Positions 20,515-28,739 of a stretch of DNA of 32,000 nucleotides are shown here, piece after piece. The position numbers and the translations under genes were made by a program. This stretch comes from Candidatus Blochmanniella floridana (GTDB taxonomy: Bacteria > Pseudomonadota > Gammaproteobacteria > Enterobacterales > Enterobacteriaceae): positions 60,001 to 92,000 of the forward strand of contig BX248583.1 in the NCBI GenBank assembly GCA_000043285.1, written 5' to 3'. The number at the start of each line of letters is the position of its first letter. Position 1 is the first letter of the stretch. The notes under the pieces were generated by a model. That model was not told the origin of the DNA. It made no database searches and was given only the letters and a program-made list of their open reading frames with translations.

Positions 20515-21411
20515 TTAATTGATTTTTCCGTGAGCAAGAGTCATTCCAATTTTAACTATATTATTTAGTTGTAATTTTTCGTTTAAAAGGACTGTATCAT
20601 TACTAAATAAGTTAATGACAGTTGATCCAAATTTGAATACTCCCATTTCTGCAGCTTTAGATAATATAACAGCGTTACGTTCAGTACTTTTGGTGGTAAT
20701 GTTATTATTATAAGATTTAGGATAATGCCAGTGTTTAACTAATCCCGTTCGAGGAGGTGTAATTGTTCCGCACCAAACAGTTTCAATACTTCCTACTATA
20801 GCAGATCCTACTAAAATTTGTGCCATATATCCAAATTGCGTGTCAAATAAACAAATGAGTTTTTCGTTGCGAGATAACACATCAGGGATATTTTTAATTA
20901 TTTTTGGGTGTACTGAAAATAAATCTCCAGGTATATACAATAATTCACGTAATGTTCCTGTACATGGCATATAAACCCAATGGCAATTTTGAGGTGGTAT
21001 ATAGATAATTACAAAACTGCCATTTCTAAAATAGTTTATAATATTGTCATGACCTGCAAGTAATTGATCCAAATAATAAGAGGAATTTTTAATTTGAAAA
21101 ATATGCGTATTATTAATTTTACCTATTTGAGAAATAATACCATCTGCAGGTATAATTAAAGTAGATGGATTTTTATCAATAGATCGAGTATTAATGTTAA
21201 ATTTTCTCATAAAGAATTCGTTGAAGGTTTTGTAATTATTTATATTTGGATCAATACACTCTTGAAGATTGATTTTATAAATACGAATGAATAATAAAAT
21301 AATATAACGAGTTATCCATCCTCCTTTCCATGAAGCTCCTAAACCTGCTAAGTAAGTAATCCATCTGATAGGTAATAAGTATTGTAATATAACTTGTATT
21401 TTTTCTAGCAT
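20515..21411 (-). CDS. psd: Phosphatidylserine decarboxylase proenzyme
   Basis: 298 aa. [59 protein letters not shown] and the self-cleavage site context [11 protein letters not shown] (E. coli [11 protein letters not shown]) are all present. Confidence 0.95.
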
Positions 21412-21931
21412 GTTTTTACGTATGTTGTATTATTTAATATGAATAGTGTAACGTTTGTATTACATCATGGAGTATTAGAATATTTATTAAAGTAATACTA
21501 AATAGTATTTGGTAATGAATATTATACATTTTCTTTATTGCTATTATAATAACATAGATTGTGTAAAATGATAAAATTTAATTATTTAAAAATATTGAAT
21601 GTGGTTGTAGTGTAATATTATATGTAATGAATTTTTAATTAAATTGGAGAATATGATATAAACAGGGAAAACTATTAAATAAGTGGATGTATTTATGATA
21701 ACATTAATATGTATTATATACTGCATATAATGTGTAAGATATAGAGTAGTCAATATTGTATTATGGTAATAATAACAACAATTTTTATATAATATGTAAT
21801 ATATTGAATAATAATAATTAGCTTGTAAAGGAGTCATTTTTTATTTGCTTTTGTGTAGGTATTATTATAATTGTATGTGTAATTAAATAAAAATTAATCG
21901 TTAAAATGAAAAATGGATGAGATAAGTATGT

Positions 21932-22474
21932 ATGAATGAAGATAATTTAATTTGGATTGATTTAGAAATGACTGGATTAAATCCAGAAAGGGATCGAATT
22001 TTAGAAATAGCTACTTTAATTACTGATAATGAATTAAGTATTTTATCAGAAGGTCCAGTATTAACTATATATCAACCTGAATCTCAGTTATTATTAATGG
22101 ATGAGTGGAATACGTATACTCATAGTAGTAATGGTTTATTAAAAGAAGTACGTTCTAGTAAATTGAATGAATGTGATGCATCTATTTTAGTTTTAAAATT
22201 TTTAAAGAACTGGGTTCCTTGTAAATCATCTCCTATGTGTGGTAGTAGTGTTGCTCAGGATCGTCGGTTTTTGTTAAAATATATGTCAGAATTAGAATCT
22301 TATTTTAGTTATCGTTATTTAGATGTTAGTACAATTAAGGAATTAATGTTTCGTTGGAGGCCAGATTTGAAGACTGGATTGCAGTTACATAAAAGTCACC
22401 GTGCTTTAGCAGATATTCAAGAATCAGTTTTGGAGTTAAAATATTATCGTAAATATTTTATTAATTGCAACTAG
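21932..22474 (+). CDS. orn: Oligoribonuclease
   Basis: 180 aa. [28 protein letters not shown] is nearly identical to E. coli Orn [28 protein letters not shown]. The DEDDh residues, including HRALADI, are retained. Confidence 0.96.
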
Positions 22475-22595
22475 GATGTATCCTGAGCAATAATACAAAT
22501 TGAGTATAGTTTAATATTTTATGAAAAATATGATGTATTATGTGAAGAATGTTGAGATTGATTATTGATTTATAATAATTTTATGGAAAGTTATT

Positions 22596-22669
22596 GCGGG
22601 AATAGCTCAGATGGTTAGAGTGCAACCTTGCCAAGGTTGAGGTCGCGAGTTCGAATCTCGTTTCCCGCT
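22596..22669 (+). tRNA. tRNA-Gly (anticodon GCC), no encoded CCA end
   Basis: GCGGGAATAGCTCAGATGGTTAGAGTGCAACCTTGCCAAGGTTGAGGTCGCGAGTTCGAATCTCGTTTCCCGCT is 74 nt. Acceptor, D, anticodon (loop TT-GCC-AA) and T arms all pair. It closely matches E. coli glyV/X/Y, which occupy the same slot after orn. The discriminator T is followed by AATTTT, not CCA. Confidence 0.94.
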
Positions 22670-22973
22670 AATTTTGTGAAATGCTTGATAACCTAAATTA
22701 TTTGACTGGGGTTAAAGGTTATATTACCTATGTATAGGTATTAAATAAATTTATGAATATATAAATTTTGTATGATTGATTGTGAGTTTTATACGGTGTA
22801 TAGAACGTTATTAGTTTGATAAAGAACAAATTGTAGGTTGTTTTAATATTATTTGGGTATATAGATATATTGATTATATATAGTTGTGTTATAAGTTGTT
22901 GAGTTTATGATAGTAAAATGTCTATATTTTAAGAGTAGTATGCTAAATATTTTTGTATAATATTGTATGGATT

Positions 22974-23477
22974 ATGGAACAATATGTATTAATTTTGTCT
23001 GATAAGTCACAGATGTTGTTATTAGGATTAACATTAGCTAAGGTTTATTATGGAGTAGGTTATATAGTTTATTTGAATGGTGATGTAGGAGTGGGAAAAT
23101 CTACTTTATGTGCAGGTTTTTTACGAGCCTTAGGGTATGCAGGATATGTGAATAGTCCAACTTATACTTTGATAGAATTTTATTTTTTGTCTAATCGGTA
23201 TATTTATCATGTTGATTTTTATCGTTTACATTCAGATTTAGATGTAATAAATACTGGGATTCAAGATTATTTTGATAAACAATCAACGTTGTTGATAGAA
23301 TGGCCGAAAAGGGAAATGAGTATTTTGCCTGCTCCAGATGTTATAATTTCTATTAATTATTATTGTAATTTAAAACAATATAGACAAGTAATTATACAAT
23401 CTGGTAGTGATCTTGGTCAAAAAATTATAGATACTATGTTACGTATTGGAAGATTTACATATGAAATCAAAATATGA
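22974..23477 (+). CDS. tsaE: tRNA threonylcarbamoyladenosine biosynthesis ATPase TsaE (YjeE)
   Basis: It has the Walker A motif YLNGDVGVGKSTL, then SPTYTLIEFY, YHVDFYRL and LLIEWP, as in E. coli YjeE. The track start at 22953 is a TTG; the first ATG (22974, MEQYVLIL) fits the homolog length. Its last 17 nt overlap the amiB start. Confidence 0.86.
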   Translation: MEQYVLILSDKSQMLLLGLTLAKVYYGVGYIVYLNGDVGVGKSTLCAGFLRALGYAGYVNSPTYTLIEFYFLSNRYIYHVDFYRLHSDLDVINTGIQDYFDKQSTLLIEWPKREMSILPAPDVIISINYYCNLKQYRQVIIQSGSDLGQKIIDTMLRIGRFTYEIKI

Positions 23478-24750
23478 GTTATTATTTATAGTGTTAATAT
23501 TTGTGAAATGTTTATTTTATGATGTGGTTGTAGCATCTAGTTTGAATTCTATTTCTGTAAAAAATAACTCAGATCATTCAACAGTAATTATACGTTGTAA
23601 TGCAGCTCCTGGCTATAAAGTATTTTTATTGCATAATCCAGAAAGAATGGTAATAGATCTTTCAGAAATTATTAGAATACAAAATGTAAATATGTTTCCG
23701 ATGAATTTTGATGGGAATAATTTAATTAGACATATTAGAGCAAATGTTTCCGTGCATTGTCAAAGTACTCGTATAGTATGCGATTTAAATTATATGTCTG
23801 ATATTAAAACAATAATACAAAAAAAAGTAGGAAAAATTTATCATGTTATTTTAATGGTTTCTAAAAAACGTATAACTCAATCTAAATTAAGTACACAACG
23901 TTCATATAGTATTATAGATTATAAAACGTGTTGCACACTGAATAACAATAAAGAATTAATAGATAATCAAAAAAAAATAATAAACGTGCAATATAAAGAA
24001 AAAGTTAATAGCAGTGGACAAGAAAGGTGTCCTATTATTGTAGCTATTGATGCAGGACATGGAGGACATGATCCTGGTGCAACAAGTTATTATGGAATAC
24101 ATGAAAAAAATATTACCTTTAGTATTGCTAAAAAACTTAAAAAAAAATTGGATTCTGATCCAATATTTAGAACTATTATGATTCGAGATGGAGATTATTT
24201 TTTATCAGTAATGGCGAGATCTGATTTAGCGCGAAGAAAAAAAGCAAATATATTGGTTTCTATTCATGCAGATTCTTCTTTGAATTCTAAAGTCAAAGGA
24301 GCTTCAGTATGGATTTTATCTAATCAGAGAGTGAAATCGGAAATGAGTCATTGGCTGCAACAATGCAAAGAAAAATATGCAGAGTTGTTAGGAGGATTAG
24401 GATATGTATTAACTCATTATAATATTGATCCATATTTTAATCATTTAATTTTGGATTTACAATTTGGTTACACACAACGGGTGGGATATGGTATAGCAAC
24501 ACATGTGTTAAATCAATTAAAAAATGTTGGTTTTTTACATAAAAATATTCCAGAATGTTCTGGATTTGGGGTGTTACGTTCTCCTGATATTCCATCTATT
24601 TTGGTAGAGACTGGATTTATTAGTAATTTACAAGAAGGTAGATTATTGGCAACTGATAAATATCAAGAAAGAATAGCAGAGGCTTTATATAAAGGGTTAA
24701 AGTCCTATTTTATTGGCACTCAAAAAAAAAAATTGTTTAGTTGTACATAA
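23461..24750 (+). CDS. amiB: N-acetylmuramoyl-L-alanine amidase AmiB (AMIN domain plus amidase_3 domain)
   Basis: It has an N-terminal signal or anchor (MKSKYELLFIVLIFVKCLF), an AMIN-like region (PERMVIDLS) and a zinc-amidase core (IVAIDAGHGGHDPGA...LVSIHADS...PSILVETGFISN). It lies immediately after tsaE, as in E. coli. The ATG at 23461 is preferred over the TTG at 23446. Confidence 0.88.
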   Translation: MKSKYELLFIVLIFVKCLFYDVVVASSLNSISVKNNSDHSTVIIRCNAAPGYKVFLLHNPERMVIDLSEIIRIQNVNMFPMNFDGNNLIRHIRANVSVHCQSTRIVCDLNYMSDIKTIIQKKVGKIYHVILMVSKKRITQSKLSTQRSYSIIDYKTCCTLNNNKELIDNQKKIINVQYKEKVNSSGQERCPIIVAIDAGHGGHDPGATSYYGIHEKNITFSIAKKLKKKLDSDPIFRTIMIRDGDYFLSVMARSDLARRKKANILVSIHADSSLNSKVKGASVWILSNQRVKSEMSHWLQQCKEKYAELLGGLGYVLTHYNIDPYFNHLILDLQFGYTQRVGYGIATHVLNQLKNVGFLHKNIPECSGFGVLRSPDIPSILVETGFISNLQEGRLLATDKYQERIAEALYKGLKSYFIGTQKKKLFSCT

Positions 24751-24767
24751 TTATTTGTAGTGTAAAT

Positions 24768-25739
24768 ATGAGAAAATATTTTAAAGAACGTGATGTTCCG
24801 TTTATTATTTTTTTAATGGGTCCTACGGCATCTGGAAAGACGAGTGTAGTTATTGAATTAAAGAAACAAAAATTAGGAATTAAAATTATTAGCGTTGATT
24901 CTGCTTTGGTATATAAAAATATGAATATTGGAACAGCTAAACCTTCTGTGGATGAATTAGAGATTGCTCCTCATCAATTAATAGATATTAGAGATCCAGC
25001 TGATTGTTATTCGGTATCAGATTTTTATCATGATGCAATTTTAGAAATAAATAAAATTATAAGATCTGGTTATGTACCGGTTTTGGTTGGTGGTACAATG
25101 TTATATTTTAAAACATTATTAACAGGATTATATCAACTTCCTGGAAAAAGTCAAAATATTCGTAATGATTTAATATATGAAGCTCAAAAAATTGGATGGG
25201 TAAATATGTATAATAAATTAAAATGTATTGATCCCATTGTATCTAAGACCATTCATTGCAATGATCATAAAAGAATCATTAGAGCATTGGAAGTTTTTTT
25301 AAGTTCAGGTAAAACATTGACTGAATTGAAACAAAAATTTTTAAATCAACAATCACAACGATATAAAGTGTTACAATTTGCTTTGATGCCATCGAAACGT
25401 GAATTTTTGTATAATCGTATAGAACAACGTTTTTATAAAATGTTAAAGTCTGGTTTTGAAGATGAGGTACGTTTATTATTTTCTAGACCTGACTTACATG
25501 ATGGGTATCAATCGTCTATTTCTTGTGTAGGTTATCGTCAAATGTGGGAGTATTTATCTGGTAACGTTGAGTATGATCAAATGATATATAAAGGAATTTA
25601 TGCAACTCGAAGATTAGTGAAGAATCAATTGACATGGTTAAAAAAATGGCCCAATGTGCATTGGTTAAACGGAGATAATGTGTTGATTGCGGTTAATGAT
25701 ATGTTATCAGTATTGTCAAAATATTCATGCGTTATATAG
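24768..25739 (+). CDS. miaA: tRNA dimethylallyltransferase MiaA
   Basis: It has the P-loop FLMGPTASGKTS, then ISVDSALVYKNMNIGTAKP, PHQLIDIRDP, VGGTMLYFK and ATRRLVKNQLTWL. The ATG at 24768 (MRKYFKERD) is preferred over the track TTG at 24741, which would overlap the amiB stop. Confidence 0.93.
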   Translation: MRKYFKERDVPFIIFLMGPTASGKTSVVIELKKQKLGIKIISVDSALVYKNMNIGTAKPSVDELEIAPHQLIDIRDPADCYSVSDFYHDAILEINKIIRSGYVPVLVGGTMLYFKTLLTGLYQLPGKSQNIRNDLIYEAQKIGWVNMYNKLKCIDPIVSKTIHCNDHKRIIRALEVFLSSGKTLTELKQKFLNQQSQRYKVLQFALMPSKREFLYNRIEQRFYKMLKSGFEDEVRLLFSRPDLHDGYQSSISCVGYRQMWEYLSGNVEYDQMIYKGIYATRRLVKNQLTWLKKWPNVHWLNGDNVLIAVNDMLSVLSKYSCVI

Positions 25740-26065
25740 AATGAGTTATTAAAATAAATGTGGTATATGCGGGTAAATAGCAGATTATGAATAAATGAAT
25801 ATATTATGCAATAGATCATTGCATAGTGGACTCGCATAAGTGTGATATGAGGATTGATGTTCTTAATATTATTTATGTAAATTTTGTATGTGAAACTTTT
25901 TATTATATATTTGTATTTTATTTCGGTATATTTATAGAATTTAAAAGAATAATTTAGGTTTGTTTTTTGATTCATATAATAGAGATTATATTATCGTTAT
26001 ATTAGTATGATCTATATATTGAGAGATATATAAATATCAATTATATATTATGAGGATAGTATTGT

Positions 26066-27184
26066 GTGATTATATTAAATAATATTAATGAACATGCTAT
26101 ATTGGTATATGTTTTATTTTCTAAATCAGAAGATGTAGATTGGAATATCAAGGAATGTTTAGATTTAGCTGCTTCAAATTTTATACGAGTTTCTAATACT
26201 TTGATTAGTTCTTGTAAAGTGATTAATTCTAAGTATTTTATTGGAACTGGAAAGGTGTTAGCTTTGAAGAGTATGTTAGAACATGATCCTGATGTGTCTG
26301 TTGTTTTGTTTAATTGTACCTTATCTCCTAATCAGGAACGAAATTTAGTTCGATTTTTACGGTGTAAAATAATAGATAGGAATCAATTGATTCTGAATAT
26401 TTTTGCGAAACATGCTCGTACTTATGAAGGCAAATTGCAAGTAAAATTGGCACAATTGCGTTATTTTAATTCTCGGTTAACGCATGAATGGAGTCATCTT
26501 GAACGTCAAAGAGGTGGTATTGGAGTGCGAGGAGGACCTGGTGAAATGCAGTTAGAGAAAGATCGTCGTTTGTTGAGTAAAAAAATTTTTCGAGTATTGT
26601 CAGATTTAAAAAAAATAGAGAATCAAAGAAAGCAAAATAGATGTCGTCGTATTAGAGTAGGTATGTCTACTATTTCTTTGGTAGGATATACGAATGCTGG
26701 AAAATCAACATTATTTAATGTTATGACGTCATCTTGTGTTGATGTAGCTGAAAAGTTATTTGTTACTCTTGATCCGACGTTTAGACGTATTATACATGGT
26801 AAGAAATCAAATATAATATTGATTGATACGGTTGGATTTATACAAAATTTACCAAAGGATTTAATAACTGCTTTTAAGTCAACATTGCAAGAAACTATGC
26901 AATCAAAATTATTGATTCATGTTGTTGATGCATCTAGTAAAAAAGTTAAACAAAATATCGATATAGTGAATGTTATTTTGAATGAAGTAAATATATATAA
27001 TGTTCCTAAACTTGTAGTTATGAATAAGATTGATCAGATGAGTAAAGTACAACCTCATATTGATCGCGATATAGACGGTTTTCCTATTAAGGTTTGGATA
27101 TCAGCTCGTAATCGTGTAGGTATAGAATTATTAAATCAGGCTATTCATGAGTTATTATCAGGGGATATGATTGGTTATGAATGA
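26066..27184 (+). CDS. hflX: Ribosome-associated GTPase HflX
   Basis: 372 aa. It has the HflX N-domain (LSPNQERNLVRFLRCKIIDRNQLILNIFAKHARTYEGKLQVKLAQL) and G motifs GYTNAGKST, DTVGF and NKID. It has a GTG start with a GAGGA Shine-Dalgarno about 9 nt upstream. Confidence 0.92.
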   Translation: MIILNNINEHAILVYVLFSKSEDVDWNIKECLDLAASNFIRVSNTLISSCKVINSKYFIGTGKVLALKSMLEHDPDVSVVLFNCTLSPNQERNLVRFLRCKIIDRNQLILNIFAKHARTYEGKLQVKLAQLRYFNSRLTHEWSHLERQRGGIGVRGGPGEMQLEKDRRLLSKKIFRVLSDLKKIENQRKQNRCRRIRVGMSTISLVGYTNAGKSTLFNVMTSSCVDVAEKLFVTLDPTFRRIIHGKKSNIILIDTVGFIQNLPKDLITAFKSTLQETMQSKLLIHVVDASSKKVKQNIDIVNVILNEVNIYNVPKLVVMNKIDQMSKVQPHIDRDIDGFPIKVWISARNRVGIELLNQAIHELLSGDMIGYE

Positions 27185-27412
27185 AAACGTTAGTAATTAG
27201 TAAATTATATGAATAGTAGGTTATTATTTATAATAAAAAATTAGGCAGTTTTCGTGTGAAAATAATACATAATATTGTGAAATTAAAGATATGTTATTTT
27301 TTTTGAAAAGTAGAATAATTTGATAAAGTGTAATGATGTATGGTTATATCATGTTATTGAGTTTATAGAAGGGATAATATATATGGAAATAATCTAAGAG
27401 TGGAGTGAAAAT

Positions 27413-28735
27413 ATGGTTTGTAATGATTGTGATAATAATAAGTGTTTGTGCAGTTCTAGGAAGAAGTGTGATGATAATGGTAATGATATTTTGAAAAATA
27501 AAGATAGAAATAATTTTTTGTTTGATTTATTTGATATAGATAAGTATATAAATAAAATTATTTACAATATGAATGCATGTAATAGTTGTAGTAAAAATTT
27601 AAAGCCTTTTTTTAAAAAAACACAATTATTTATTGTGTTCAGTATATTAATTGTTATTATTGTATGGGCTTGTAGTGGTTTATATACCATTAAGGAAGCA
27701 GAGCGTGGGGTAATTTTAAGATTTGGGCAATATCATTGTTTAGTGCATCCTGGATTAAATTGGAAACCGACTTTTGTGGATGTTGTTATTCCTGTAAATG
27801 TAAAATCAGTGCGTGAATTAGCTGCATCTGGAATGATGTTAACTTCTGATGAGAATGTAATTCGGGTAGAAATGAATGTACAATATCGTGTAACTGATCC
27901 GAAAAATTATTTGTTTAATGTAACTAATGCTGATGATAGTTTACGTCAAGCTACTGATAGTGCATTACGAGGGGTTATTGGTAAATATAATATGGATCGT
28001 ATACTCACTGAAGGTCGTACAGTAGTACGTAGTGATACCAGAAGAATTTTAGAGAAAACGATTCAACCTTATAATATGGGTATTAGTTTATTAGATGTGA
28101 ATTTTCAAACAGCTCGACCTCCAGAAGAGGTAAAAGCAGCGTTTGATGATGCTATTGCTGCTAGAGAAAATGAGCAACAATATATTCGTGAAGCTGAAGC
28201 TTATGCTAATGAGATACAACCAAAAGCTAATGGGAAAGCGCAACGTATTTTAGAAGAAGGTCGTGCATATAAGGCTAGAACTATTTTAGAGGCTCGTGGA
28301 GAGGTACAAAGATTTTTAAAAGTTTTACCGGAGTATAGAGTAGCTCCTGAAATTACTAGAGAGCGATTATATATAAATTCTATGGAACGTATATTCAGTA
28401 ATACACGAAAGATATTTATAGATTCAAAAAATACTCAAAATGTGTTGTTATTTTCTTCTGATCAGATTTTTTCAAATCGAAGTAGTGGTAGTGTAGATGA
28501 GAATGCTGGCATAAATATTATTAATACTGATAAAAAAGAGAAATCAAATTCAGCAAAAAATGAAAAAAATTTTGCTGATAATATTAATAAAAAGAGATCA
28601 GGAGGATCTAACTCTGTTGTATATGATGCTTCATCTAGTTATGCTGCTAATAAGATTATTAAAGAAGAAGGATGGGATCAACGTAGATCTAATACACAAC
28701 GAGCTGATATTATTCGAAAAGGACGAGGAGATTGA
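27413..28735 (+). CDS. hflK: FtsH protease modulator HflK (SPFH/band-7 family)
   Basis: 440 aa. From SGLYTIKEAERGVILRFGQYHCLVHPGLNWKPTF through PPEEVKAAFDDAIAARENEQQYIREAEAYANE and PEITRERLYI it is collinear with E. coli HflK. The C-terminal WDQRRSNTQR matches E. coli MDQRRANAQR. A GGAG Shine-Dalgarno lies before the ATG. Confidence 0.93.
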   Translation: MVCNDCDNNKCLCSSRKKCDDNGNDILKNKDRNNFLFDLFDIDKYINKIIYNMNACNSCSKNLKPFFKKTQLFIVFSILIVIIVWACSGLYTIKEAERGVILRFGQYHCLVHPGLNWKPTFVDVVIPVNVKSVRELAASGMMLTSDENVIRVEMNVQYRVTDPKNYLFNVTNADDSLRQATDSALRGVIGKYNMDRILTEGRTVVRSDTRRILEKTIQPYNMGISLLDVNFQTARPPEEVKAAFDDAIAARENEQQYIREAEAYANEIQPKANGKAQRILEEGRAYKARTILEARGEVQRFLKVLPEYRVAPEITRERLYINSMERIFSNTRKIFIDSKNTQNVLLFSSDQIFSNRSSGSVDENAGINIINTDKKEKSNSAKNEKNFADNINKKRSGGSNSVVYDASSSYAANKIIKEEGWDQRRSNTQRADIIRKGRGD

Positions 28736-28739
28736 TGAA

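Noticed and set aside
21586-21837. An 83-aa minus-strand ORF in the psd-orn spacer, considered as a possible rsgA remnant or novel small protein.
   Set aside because: Its composition is extreme, dominated by Tyr, Ile, His, Asn and Thr. It has no GTPase or OB-fold motifs. The frame is consistent with chance in an A+T-rich, G-poor strand.
25625-25975. A 116-aa minus-strand ORF spanning the miaA 3' end and the hfq-slot spacer.
   Set aside because: It overlaps conserved miaA coding sequence on the opposite strand. The remainder is low-complexity sequence with no resemblance to Hfq or any family I recognise.
28560-28739. A 60-codon upstream extension of hflC in the ORF track (MKKILLIILIKRDQ...), overlapping the hflK 3' end in another frame. 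It could have been an overlapping or alternative-frame gene.
   Set aside because: The hflK frame remains homologous to E. coli HflK to its very end (WDQRRSNTQR matches MDQRRANAQR). The E. coli HflC N-terminus aligns from the ATG at 28740, 4 nt after the hflK stop. The extension is low-complexity sequence with no homolog I recognise. An open alternative frame of this length is unusual but not compelling evidence.
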